From IMG/VR virus record IMGVR_UViG_3300030339_000091: DNA of 42,785 nt; one strand, written 5' to 3'. A model generated the notes under the pieces. The model was given only the letters and a program-made list of their open reading frames with translations. It had not been told where the DNA came from and did not search any database. Both the position numbers and the translations under genes were made by a program. Shown in pieces: positions 7,599 through 17,700 of the stretch; position 1 is the stretch's first letter; the number at the start of each line of letters is the position of its first letter. Source of the stretch: a virus.

Positions 7599-8432
7599 AT
7601 GATAATAACAACCATTGCGGATTTTATAAAATCCATACCAACAGCCACCGGAACCAAGTGGGATGCAATAGAATCATTTGTTACATCGGCAGATTTTGAA
7701 ATCAAAACCATGTTGATTGGTTCTGATCTCTACAATTACATTGCAGCTCTGACTGGCACAACGGCATTGAAAACTACACTGCAAAATCTGATCGCTTTTA
7801 CAGCGTATTCAAAAGCAATTCCGTTTGTTGACTTGATACAGACACCAACCGGTTTTGCGGTAGTGAATAATGCTAATCATGCTCCGGCAAGCAAAGAACG
7901 TGTGGAACGCTTGTTGAAGTGGTGTGATAAAGAAATTGATAAAAATACCGACTTGCTAATTATGCAAGTAGTTGACACGGCACAGGCATTGACAGAATGG
8001 AAGAAATTTAAACGCTTCAATAATTTTACAAATTGTCTATTCCTTACCGGAATTGATTTTGCCGGTTATGCAAAAACGGAAAACGGCAGCCGTGCCGATT
8101 TTCTGAAAGTAAAAGGAACTTTACTTGCCATTCAGAAAAATGATTTATCGGAAGCATTGAGCGCAAACTATGTGGCTGAACTGGTAACGCAAAATAGAAA
8201 TAACACGCTCACAGAAAAGAACTTATTTGTGGTTGAGAGTTGCAAATTAGTTATGGCAAAATATGTAGAAAAAGAGGAGCATGAGGCTGAGGAACTACTC
8301 ACTCAAATAGTGGTGATGATGGAAAAAACGCTTACCGATTATCCAGCCTATTCCGCCAGTGCTGAGTATGCACTTAAAAATATGCCAACATATCAGAACA
8401 AAGCAACTGATTCAACTTTCTTTTTTAATTGA
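7599..8432 (+). CDS. Hypothetical virion-module protein (277 aa)
   Basis: Tightly packed ORF between the putative portal and the tail genes. Confidence 0.5.
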   Translation: MIITTIADFIKSIPTATGTKWDAIESFVTSADFEIKTMLIGSDLYNYIAALTGTTALKTTLQNLIAFTAYSKAIPFVDLIQTPTGFAVVNNANHAPASKERVERLLKWCDKEIDKNTDLLIMQVVDTAQALTEWKKFKRFNNFTNCLFLTGIDFAGYAKTENGSRADFLKVKGTLLAIQKNDLSEALSANYVAELVTQNRNNTLTEKNLFVVESCKLVMAKYVEKEEHEAEELLTQIVVMMEKTLTDYPAYSASAEYALKNMPTYQNKATDSTFFFN

Positions 8433-8433
8433 T

Positions 8434-9195
8434 ATGAGCACAATCGACTTAACAGCACCGCGTAATTACGCAGAAATGACAGAAAAGCAAGTGCGCTATG
8501 TGGCTCACTTGCAAGTAAAAGGTAATAAAGAGGAATGGATATGGACAAAGTGCCTAATCCGATTCACCGGAATTAAACCCATTGGTGGAACTTCCGAAGT
8601 CTATTATTTTGCAAAAAAGCACCTGAAGGGATTTTTTTCGTTGACAATAGAAGAAACGTTTGATTTTTCCAAAAAGCTTGATTTTGTGACAAAGAGATAC
8701 GTGGGCATTCGCCCAATGGCTAAGATTGGAAAGTACAGACCTTGTGACGAACAAATGAGTGACACTACTTTTCTTCAGTATGTGGATGCTGAGAACTTTT
8801 ACCAAGAGTTTATTTTTACGAAAAATGTAGATGCGCTGCATAATTTAATGGCAACACTTTTTCAGTTGCCTGGCGAAAAATACAGCAACGATTTGAGTAA
8901 AAAACACATTAAGCGCATGAAAAGATGTCCTGAAGTGGAAAAACTAATGGTTGTAATGTGGTTTATCGGCATTAAGGAGTATTTCTCCGATAAATACAAG
9001 TTCCTTTTCCAGCGTGTAGATGCTGATGAAGATGAACCAACAACGGCACCTGATATGCTAGGCATTGTTCACAATCAACTAAGAATGCTAACCGCTGGAG
9101 ATATTACCAAAGAAGAAAAAGTGTTGGCTTCGCCTACATGGAGCGCACTTGCGGAATTGGATGATCAGTGCCTAGAAGCAAAGGAAATGGAATAA
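8434..9195 (+). CDS. Hypothetical virion-module protein (253 aa)
   Basis: The ATG at 8434 lies 2 nt after the upstream stop. The track ORF start at 8359 would overlap the upstream gene. Confidence 0.5.
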   Translation: MSTIDLTAPRNYAEMTEKQVRYVAHLQVKGNKEEWIWTKCLIRFTGIKPIGGTSEVYYFAKKHLKGFFSLTIEETFDFSKKLDFVTKRYVGIRPMAKIGKYRPCDEQMSDTTFLQYVDAENFYQEFIFTKNVDALHNLMATLFQLPGEKYSNDLSKKHIKRMKRCPEVEKLMVVMWFIGIKEYFSDKYKFLFQRVDADEDEPTTAPDMLGIVHNQLRMLTAGDITKEEKVLASPTWSALAELDDQCLEAKEME

Positions 9196-9250
9196 GCAAC
9201 TAGTCGGCAGTAGGTAGTAAATAGTAAATGAATAAATAGTAAATGAATAT

Positions 9251-9727
9251 ATGTGGAACGCAGTAACATACTTCGAAAATCTAAATAATACCTTGAAACT
9301 GACAAAAGGGAAATATACTTTTTGTCGAGTTACCGGGATAAATTATTTAGAAGATGTCCTTTCAAATTTAGCAAGCTCGGATGCTTTCCTTGCTGTTGAT
9401 GATACCGACGATGGAGTGACCATTGAGAAGGGAGGTGGTTACTTTGACCGCCGATCTATAGTTGTGTATGTTTTGAAGAAATACGATTTCAATAATCAGA
9501 TCGATCGGGAAACGAAAACAAACGAAACCCGCCTGATTCGCAAAAAACTGTTGGCAAAACTGATTAAAGATTCCAGTTCTGTGGACGGCTTGATGTTCCT
9601 GGACAAAACCCGATTTCCTTATCACGAAGTTCCCGGCATGTTTGCCGCCGGAACGTGCGGGATTTACTTTATTGCGACCCTGAATGAGCCTGTAGAATTG
9701 ATCCACGATGACAACGACTACGAATAA
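9251..9727 (+). CDS. Hypothetical virion-module protein (158 aa)
   Basis: ORF in the structural block. Confidence 0.5.
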   Translation: MWNAVTYFENLNNTLKLTKGKYTFCRVTGINYLEDVLSNLASSDAFLAVDDTDDGVTIEKGGGYFDRRSIVVYVLKKYDFNNQIDRETKTNETRLIRKKLLAKLIKDSSSVDGLMFLDKTRFPYHEVPGMFAAGTCGIYFIATLNEPVELIHDDNDYE

Positions 9728-10073
9728 AAATGAGTACTACCGTGCCTGGGCTAAGATGATGGTCACCATTTGGCAGGATAAAATTGCAGCCCTGAAGGTG
9801 CGCGACACCGGTGAGTTATTCAGCTCATTTATGACGGAAGTAGTAGCTCAGAGCGGTGGAGATATTGATAAGATTACCTTTTCATATCTGTATTACGGTA
9901 GGATGGTAGATATGGGCGTAAGGAGAGGGGTAAAGATGGAGGATTCAGGTAAAAAGGGAAAGCCCTGGTATAATAAGGCCTGGTATCATTCAATAAAAGT
10001 AATGACGGAAAAGCGAGCCGAGCTGTACGGCGAAGAATTCCAACTGATAATTATGGAGGCACTCAATTTCTGA
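9708..10073 (+). CDS. Possible head-tail joining (HK97 gp10-like) protein
   Basis: 121 aa, located before the tail fibre. Only a weak resemblance by size and position. Confidence 0.3.
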   Translation: MTTTTNKNEYYRAWAKMMVTIWQDKIAALKVRDTGELFSSFMTEVVAQSGGDIDKITFSYLYYGRMVDMGVRRGVKMEDSGKKGKPWYNKAWYHSIKVMTEKRAELYGEEFQLIIMEALNF

Positions 10074-10128
10074 GTGTCTTTTTTTTTGCCTTCTCATTCC
10101 GGTTTATTTGTATCAAAAATAAGGAAGT

Positions 10129-12591
10129 ATGACACTTTTAGAACAATTAGCAGTTGCACGAACTATAAAAAACGCTACCGGACCCGAAGAAAATACACGC
10201 GTTCGGCTTGGTGGATTATTCGAAGAAATAATCAACTATATGTCATCAATGCTGATAAGCACTGTATCACCTTATCAAGTGTACCTCGACACTACCGAAG
10301 ATGATCCGGTGATGACTGTAGAGGAGTGGTTGGCTTCGCTGGAAGGAACTGATGGTCGTGGAATTGTTTCAATTATTCTTACAAACACTGTAGGGTTAAT
10401 CAAAACCTACACTATAACCTACACTGATGAAACCACATCGACCTTTGATGTTACCAATGGATCAAATGGACAGCCGGGTGCTAATGGACGTGGAATTACT
10501 TCAATTACACTGACAAATACTGTCGATTTGGTTGACACTTATACAATTACGTTTACGGACAATTCAACAACTACTTTTGATATTGTAAACGGTGCAAATG
10601 GTACTGATGGAGACTCTCTTTGGGAACAATCACCAGATTTACCAAAAGTAAGCAATGGAAGGCTATATAACTGGCATGCTGTAAATGACAGTCGTAAATT
10701 AGCTCCTGAAGGTTGGCATGTGCTAACTGCAAATGAGTGGACAGCTCTTGTAAATTATTTAGTAGGCAGTATACCATTTCCAGAAGCAAATGGTGTAGTA
10801 GCTATAAAATTGAGAGAAGAGGGTTATTTCAATTGGATAAAAGATGTCCCTGAAACAAGAGCAACTAACGAAAGTGGTTTTTCAATCCTACCTAGTGGTA
10901 TCAAGGATAGTAATGGCCTCCGACTTATGGGTGAGTATAGCTATTTATGGGCATCTGATTTAGATGAGAGTAGTCATTGTTCGGCTCTAATTACTTGCTA
11001 TAATAATTTTTCTAATGGTTTAACCAATTTAGGAGATGGTAAGGATTTAGGTTTATCTGTCAGGTGTATTATAGATGAGGATAACCAAATCTATTCGCCA
11101 GGGGACGATGTGTTAGATGTTGATGGCAATGTATACACTGTTATTAAAATTGGAAATCAGCTTTTACTTGGACAGAATCTTGCAGTAACTCACTATAACA
11201 ATGGAGACGCAATACTTCAGGACTTCTCTGGAACTATTGGAGCTTACGCTAATTATTATACAGATAGCGAGGTAGGCGTATTTGAAGAAATTATTGAACC
11301 GACTGATAAAAAAAGACTTCAACAAAAGTCAATTGTTGGGTTAGAAAGTTTGGCAAATTCGATTTCTAGAGTAAAATCGGATATGTCATCTAAAATAGAT
11401 AAAGTACCACGATTAGGATTAACCGATATGCCTTATTTTTCTATAGGGTTTGCAACACCTGAATTTATTTCTGAAGGAATACCTATGCCAACTAACGTAG
11501 ATGAGTGGAATGCTTTTTTTGGTACTACAGAGATAGTAGAAGTGATAGGTTCAACAGATGGGTTGTTTTTCGACATCATGGCATATTACCAATTTAGTGT
11601 AAACAGCCTGTCTGGTAATATAAATTTAGTATCTTTTGATTCAGGTACACTACTTACTCAGATTATTAATAACGCATTTAAAGATTGTGTAAATTTAATA
11701 TCTATTGAATTAGGCAATAAATTAAATCAAATTGCCGCGGGAGCTTTTTGGAATACCGGCTTAACATCAGTAGTTATACCAAAAGGTATAGACGTAAATG
11801 GGGGTTATACATTTAGAGGTTGTAATAGTCTAACAAATGTTATTATTGAAACTACTATATTAGGCCCTGAAAATGGTGGGTATGGAGGGATATTTTCAGA
11901 ATGCATTAATTTAGCGAATGTCACTGCTCCCAATTTTTTAAAAACCAGCAATAACGGAGACATTAATACAGAGTTAGCATACCTTATAAATACATATAAT
12001 ACTCAAATTACCTGGACAAAGGATATAAACTTTGATATTCAAGCAGAATTATCACAAATACCGCCTTTGAAATTAGAGGTAGAGAGTAAAATGAATAAAC
12101 TCAGCAACGGCGCCGCTGAAAACATTAACCAGGTTACCATTGAGACCTTGTGTTCTTTAGGCTTTGATTTTGAAAATGCCATTTTTGCTTCTGCTAATTT
12201 CGTAAACGCACCTTTTAACGGTGCGCAATTTAGAAAAGTGAATTTTGAGGGTGCAATGCTGACCGGCTGTACGTTCACGCATGCCGATTTATCTTTTTGT
12301 ATGTTTTGGTCAGTCATAGCATCACAATGCGATATGGGGTTTGCAAATTTCACAGGGTCAGACCTTTCTTATGCTGTATTTGATGGGTGCTATTTATCAG
12401 ATGTAAATTTCACAGATGCAATACTTACAGCAGCTGATTGGGATAACTCAAATTTCACAACGGCAATCGGACTAAATCCAGACATCACGGCAGCATTAGC
12501 AGATTCACTTTTATATGATGGTTTATCTGTAACTTGGGTAGATGGTCTAGTGTATTCATATACTGACTTAGATGGCTGGCAATTGGTGTAA
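10129..12591 (+). CDS. Mosaic tail fibre / receptor-binding protein
   Basis: The N-terminus carries a fibre motif (YQVYLDTTEDDPVMTVEEWLASLEGTDG). Two 44-aa tandem repeats follow. Next come FISUMP-like segments (GRLYNWHAV...PEGWHVLTANEW...SVRCI, then VDGNVYTVIKIGNQLLLGQNL). BspA-type LRRs (AFKDCVNLISIEL...FRGCNSLTNVII) follow. The C-terminus is a run of pentapeptide repeats. Confidence 0.8.
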   Translation: MTLLEQLAVARTIKNATGPEENTRVRLGGLFEEIINYMSSMLISTVSPYQVYLDTTEDDPVMTVEEWLASLEGTDGRGIVSIILTNTVGLIKTYTITYTDETTSTFDVTNGSNGQPGANGRGITSITLTNTVDLVDTYTITFTDNSTTTFDIVNGANGTDGDSLWEQSPDLPKVSNGRLYNWHAVNDSRKLAPEGWHVLTANEWTALVNYLVGSIPFPEANGVVAIKLREEGYFNWIKDVPETRATNESGFSILPSGIKDSNGLRLMGEYSYLWASDLDESSHCSALITCYNNFSNGLTNLGDGKDLGLSVRCIIDEDNQIYSPGDDVLDVDGNVYTVIKIGNQLLLGQNLAVTHYNNGDAILQDFSGTIGAYANYYTDSEVGVFEEIIEPTDKKRLQQKSIVGLESLANSISRVKSDMSSKIDKVPRLGLTDMPYFSIGFATPEFISEGIPMPTNVDEWNAFFGTTEIVEVIGSTDGLFFDIMAYYQFSVNSLSGNINLVSFDSGTLLTQIINNAFKDCVNLISIELGNKLNQIAAGAFWNTGLTSVVIPKGIDVNGGYTFRGCNSLTNVIIETTILGPENGGYGGIFSECINLANVTAPNFLKTSNNGDINTELAYLINTYNTQITWTKDINFDIQAELSQIPPLKLEVESKMNKLSNGAAENINQVTIETLCSLGFDFENAIFASANFVNAPFNGAQFRKVNFEGAMLTGCTFTHADLSFCMFWSVIASQCDMGFANFTGSDLSYAVFDGCYLSDVNFTDAILTAADWDNSNFTTAIGLNPDITAALADSLLYDGLSVTWVDGLVYSYTDLDGWQLV

Positions 12592-12609
12592 ATTTCTAAT
12601 ATAAATTAT

Positions 12610-12990
12610 ATGGGATTAAAAATAAAACAATTCAAAAAAGGCGGTCAAACCTTTACAGATGCCTACGCAAAAGTAGGTGGAGTTAGATATGACAACGAGA
12701 CAAAAATCGCTTCGTTTGGAATAAAAATCTTTATGAGCAAAGAAGATAAGAATCTTATCTCTGAGATTCCGAACCTTTGGGTTCGAGTTACTCCAGGAAC
12801 TGATATGCTGGCTCAGTGCTATGCACGCATCTCTACAATCATTACTCAAACAAACGCTCAAATAACCAACCAACAGGCGGTGATTGATGCGATTGTTGAT
12901 AATGATAATTTGAAGCTGATGAAAGAAAGTCAACTGGCACGGATGAAAGAGAATGAGGTGTTGCAGCTTGAGGGTTCGGAAGAATTATAA
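12610..12990 (+). CDS. Hypothetical protein (126 aa)
   Basis: ORF between the fibre and the lysis genes. Confidence 0.5.
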   Translation: MGLKIKQFKKGGQTFTDAYAKVGGVRYDNETKIASFGIKIFMSKEDKNLISEIPNLWVRVTPGTDMLAQCYARISTIITQTNAQITNQQAVIDAIVDNDNLKLMKESQLARMKENEVLQLEGSEEL

Positions 12991-13009
12991 ATCAAATAAA
13001 AAATAAACT

Positions 13010-13516
13010 ATGGATTTCAAATTTGACTATTTACAAGCACTATCAATCACAATTGTAGCTGCAATAGCAGCCTATTTCGATAGTACAATTACTTTTTTAG
13101 CAGCGTTGTTGGTTGCTTTTGCATTCAATATATTAGCCGGATTTCGAGCCGATGAGGTTCATATCAAAATTCAGCGGTTTTTCCCGCCAATTTTCTTTAA
13201 AAATTTTCAGGGAAATAAATTCAAAGATAGTTTGATGGAGCTGTTTTTGATTATGTCAATAACTTATTTGCTGAAAGTGATTGCTGATTTGATGAAATAC
13301 CGTGATCAAAGCCCTTATGTTGTACAACTTCTTATAGCCATTGCCATTTATTATTATTTCAGGAATGGATTAAAAAATTTACAAAAAGTTTATCCAAAAA
13401 ATAGATTTATAGCCGTTGTGTATCATTTAATTTCTTTTAAATTCAGACAATTAGTTGGTAGCGATGTGGCAGATATTATTGACCAAAACGAAATAAGTAA
13501 GGAGGAAGTAAAATGA
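13010..13516 (+). CDS. Putative holin (multi-TM membrane protein)
   Basis: Several hydrophobic helices. It overlaps the endolysin start by 4 nt. Confidence 0.5.
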   Translation: MDFKFDYLQALSITIVAAIAAYFDSTITFLAALLVAFAFNILAGFRADEVHIKIQRFFPPIFFKNFQGNKFKDSLMELFLIMSITYLLKVIADLMKYRDQSPYVVQLLIAIAIYYYFRNGLKNLQKVYPKNRFIAVVYHLISFKFRQLVGSDVADIIDQNEISKEEVK

Positions 13517-13968
13517 GTAAAATAGACACCCTTCACCCGCTAATTCGCGAAGAAGTACGCCAATTGGTTGATAAAATCAATACCTCAATTTTGACAAGTA
13601 ATGTCAAAATGGTAGTTACACAAGGTTTGAGAACATTCGACGAACAAAACGCCTTGTACGCACAAAAACCCAAAGTAACCAACGCCAAAGGCGGACAAAG
13701 CTTGCATAATTACGGTTTTGCTTTCGATTTCTGTTTGGCAGTTGGCGGCAAAACTATATGGGATGTGGCCAAAGATTTCGATGGTGATAAAGTTCCGGAC
13801 TGGATGGAAGTTGCAAAAGTTTTCAAAGATGCCGGTTATACCTGGGGTGGTGATTTCCGAAGCATTACCGACCGTCCTCATTTTGAGAAAACATTTGGTC
13901 ATACATGGCAGCAACTCTTAGTAATCAAAAAATCAGGCAAAACCGAAAACGGTTATGTCGTAATCTGA
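13513..13968 (+). CDS. Peptidase M15 (VanY/M15C-type) endolysin
   Basis: Zn-ligand pattern SLHNYGFAFDF ... WGGDFRSITDRPHFE. Preceded by AAGGAGG. Confidence 0.85.
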   Translation: MSKIDTLHPLIREEVRQLVDKINTSILTSNVKMVVTQGLRTFDEQNALYAQKPKVTNAKGGQSLHNYGFAFDFCLAVGGKTIWDVAKDFDGDKVPDWMEVAKVFKDAGYTWGGDFRSITDRPHFEKTFGHTWQQLLVIKKSGKTENGYVVI

Positions 13969-13975
13969 AAAAAAA

Positions 13976-14575
13976 ATGAAAACTCCAACATCAAAATTAT
14001 TAGCAATTTTAGTACTATTTATCTTCGTGGCTTGTGCCGGAACAAAAAAAGTTACTCAGTCGAAAGAAAGTATTCAAGTTAAAACGAATACTGAAGTATC
14101 GAAAGTTTCAGAAGAAAAAGCGGATTTGACAACTTTTGTCAATACCGAAAAAAAAGCGGATGAATCGGTAAAGAAAAACATTACTTCAGCCGAAAACGAG
14201 AACGAAGAAACTGTTATTCATACTGTTTTGTACGATCCAAAATCGAAAGTTATGGTTTCGGAAACTACACAAAAAACAACCAAAGGTAAAAACAAAAAGG
14301 CTGTAGAATCTACCGAAACGCTATATTCTGCTACTGAAGTAACGGCTTTGTTTTCAAAATACTTGCATTCATACACCAATAAAATTGATAGCTTGAGTAA
14401 AGTAAACGTTTCGCTAGAAAGCGAACTTACGACTAAAACTACTCCAGTAAATAATTGGTGGAAATGGTTGCTCATAGGTATCATTATCCCAATTGTTATT
14501 TGGTTCATTATCAAAAAGAATTGGCATACTAAAGCATTCGTGTGGTTGCTCAACTTATTTAGGTTCAAAAAATAA
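13976..14575 (+). CDS. Lipoprotein with a C-terminal TM anchor: unimolecular (u-)spanin candidate
   Basis: N-terminal signal plus lipobox (LVLFIFVAC). C-terminal TM (WWKWLLIGIIIPIVIWFII). It lies directly after the endolysin. Confidence 0.5.
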   Translation: MKTPTSKLLAILVLFIFVACAGTKKVTQSKESIQVKTNTEVSKVSEEKADLTTFVNTEKKADESVKKNITSAENENEETVIHTVLYDPKSKVMVSETTQKTTKGKNKKAVESTETLYSATEVTALFSKYLHSYTNKIDSLSKVNVSLESELTTKTTPVNNWWKWLLIGIIIPIVIWFIIKKNWHTKAFVWLLNLFRFKK

Positions 14576-14625
14576 TCGTACTTTTTTGTTTTCATACTTG
14601 TATTAGATTTTAAAGTTAAGTTGAT

Positions 14626-14666
14626 AAACCGTTCCGGATCGTGAGATTAGGGCGGTTTTTTTTTTG
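14626..14666 (+). terminator. Probable terminator after the lysis cassette
   Basis: aaaccg...cggttt closing stem followed by an 11-T run. The stem is weak. Confidence 0.45.
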
Positions 14667-14721
14667 TCTTTTTTCTCACTCTCCCTATTGATTTTATTTG
14701 CATAACTAATTTATCAAAGTT

Positions 14722-17700
14722 ATGCAACCAAACGAATCTACAACCAGTACCGTCCTCCTGAATGGCGAGCAGCCAAAACAAATGCTGACCGCTTTGGCTC
14801 AGAAAGCCGAAAACCTTCGTTGGCGATTGAAAGAAGTCAACGAAGCCGGTGACGGCAAGGCTTTCGAAAAACTGACCAAGGAACTTAATCAAACTAATAA
14901 ACAGATGAAGCAACTTGCGAAAGAAGCTTTTGACGTGAAAAAAGTATTGGATAACCTTTCGGGTGCTTCAATGCCTGATTTAACCAAGGCGAAAAAAGAA
15001 CTTGATAAACAGTTGAATAGCCCTTCCGTTGTGCGAAACTCCAAAGAATGGAAAGAACTACAGGCGCAATTACGAGCCGTAAAAACGGAGATGTCGAGCA
15101 TTAGCAACGAATCGAAAGTTACTGAAAGCGCTTTCTCCAGACTAGCCAATTTTACCAATAAAACATGGCAAATGTTTGCCGCCGGAGCAGCTGCTTTAGT
15201 TGGCGTGGTTTTGGGTTTGAAATCGGCTGCCATGGAAGCGGCCAGAATGAGCGATGTTTATGGGATGGTGCGCAAATACACGGGCGAAAGTGCCGAAGGC
15301 GTTGCCGGGCTAAATGAGGAACTGAAGAAAATGGACAGCCGCACCGCTCGGGACGAGCTGAATCGGTTATTGGGTGAAGCCGGTAAGTTAGGAGTAAAAG
15401 GTAAGGAAGATTTATTGCAGTTTGCCAAAGCCGCCGATATTATACAAGTATCGTTGGGCGAAGATTTGGGAGCGGATGCCGTCAAGAATATTGGTAAGCT
15501 TACTTACATGTTCGGAGTTCAGGACAAAATGGGCATGGAGAAATCTTTGTTGGCCGTAGGGTCTGCCATCAACCAGGTGGGACAAAATAGTACAGCTTCC
15601 GAAGCGTATTTACTCGAATTTACGAATCGTCTTTCGGGCATGGGCGTTGCCGCCAACATGACAATCCCTCAAATTATCGGGTTTGCTTCCGTTCTCGATC
15701 AGAATGCTCAGCAAGTAGAAATGAGTTCTACGGCTATGAATAAGTTCATAGCAACATTGGCCACTAAATCTGAAAGTGTAGCTAAGGCAATCGGTTTACC
15801 GGCTGCAAAATTGAAGAAAGCAGTGGGCGAAGACATGAATGAAGCCTTGATGATGGTGTTCAAACAATTGAATAAAAAAGGCGGATTAGTTGATCTAGCT
15901 CCATTGTTTGCCGACCTTGGTGCTGAAGGTGCCAGGGCTGCCAGTGTTATCACTATTTTGGCGAGTAAATACAAAGATTTAGGCACTGAACAGTCATTAG
16001 CACTTAAATCGTTCAACGAAGGCACATCGGTTGTAAAGGAATTCAACATCCAAAATAATACGATGCAAGCCAAAGTGGATAAGTCTAAAAAGGCTTTTTT
16101 GGATGCAAGCGAAACATTGGGAAAATCACTTTCTCCGGCTTTCCTACATTCGACCAATGCGGCTGTATATATGGTGAAGGCTTTGTCGCAATTTCCTGAA
16201 TGGTTCAAGGAAAATAAGGGTTTATTGACGACTTTAGTTGTTGCCATTGGAACGTATGCCGCAATTCTTGGCGTATGCAAATTAGAAAGTCTGGCATTAA
16301 TTGCAGTTGAAAAAACAAAGATACTCGTTCAAAGAATTTCAACAGCTGCTACCCTTGCTCAAGTTGCTATAACCGGCTACTTAACTGGAGCAACCCGTGC
16401 CGCAAATTTAGCAACCAAAGAATTTTTTGTAACCTTAGGATTAAACCCATTTGTTGCTCTAGGAGCTGCAATAGTGCTTGTTACAGTTGGATTATATAAA
16501 CTTGGAACTGCAAAAACGGCAGCCGAAAAAGCATATAAAGATTATAATGCTCAGGTTGAAATGGAAATAACCAAATCTGATCAGTTATTTAATGCACTCA
16601 AAAAAACAACGAAAGGAAGTGATGAAAGAAAGCAATTAATTGACAAAATAAATACAGTTTATGGGGATTATTTAGGGAATCAATTGTCCGAAAAATCAAA
16701 TTTAGATGACATAAATACCGCTCAGGAAAAGGTGAATAGGTCATTACGCGAAAAAATCGGGTTGCAAGTAAAAGATTCTTCCAAAGCCGATATTATTACA
16801 AAAGCGATGCCCGAACAGGTTGACACGCTTGAAAAACTTACAAACTCAATATCTGCAACCGAAGGGGATGCCGTGGCTGAAATAATTACTCGCCGAATAC
16901 AGGATATTTTACAAAAAGGAGGGTATACCGATAAATCTATTACCACGGCTCAAAATTACCTGAAAAACAAATTAGGAAAGAATTTTACTGCAGGAATGGA
17001 ATTTTATCCGGCTATGTTGGCAAAATCTATCAAGTCGATGAATGATGATCTATCGGATGTAGATAAGAAATTTGATAGAATAATAGGTAAGACAACTGCT
17101 CCTGCAGGCGGAGGGAATAAAGGACCAAAAGAAGGTGATATAAGTGCCGACGGACTGCAAGTATTTAAAAATGGGAAATGGGTAAACATTAATCACGGTG
17201 GTGGAGGTGGAGATTTAAAGACAATACAACAAACTAAACTGGATGCCGTAGACAAATGGCTTGCTAAAGAACAAATCAAGCTCAAAAAACGTCACGAATC
17301 CAATCTTGACAGCGAGGAAGTGTATGCCAAGGGAATTATTGATTTGACCGAAAATGCCCTGGTGAAAAAACGCGATATTTATAAAAAATCTGATAAGGAA
17401 TATCTTGATTATCAGAATCAGATTGAAGATATTAAACTGAAACGTCAGGATAGTGCCGAAAAGCTAAGTTTTGAAGCGATGAAAGCGTTGAACGATAAAC
17501 GCCTGAATGCAATAGTACTTTATGACAATGCGCAGCGCGAAGAAATTGAGAACGATTTCGAAACCGGAGTAATCGATCAGGATGAACATGACAATAAAAT
17601 CCTGGCACTTGATAAGGTTCTTGCGGAATCTCGGTTGTATGTTGCTCAGGAACATTCCCGTGATATTGCAGCATTCCAGTTCAAATCTGACGAAGAAAGA

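Noticed and set aside
8359-8433. Upstream extension of ORF 8359..9195
   Set aside because: It would overlap the preceding gene by 74 nt. The ATG at 8434, 2 nt after the upstream stop, fits the compact gene packing.
10074-10304. 76-aa GTG-initiated ORF overlapping the tail-fibre start
   Set aside because: The peptide is Arg/Ser/Tyr-rich and low-complexity, in an alternative frame to a well-supported fibre gene.
10129-12591. Diversity-generating retroelement targeting the tail fibre
   Set aside because: There is no reverse transcriptase ORF anywhere in the genome. I found no template repeat matching the fibre C-terminus.
13585-13921. ORFs 13585..13914 (-) and 13718..13921 (+) inside the endolysin gene
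   Set aside because: They are alternative-frame or antisense ORFs within a gene with clear M15 peptidase motifs.
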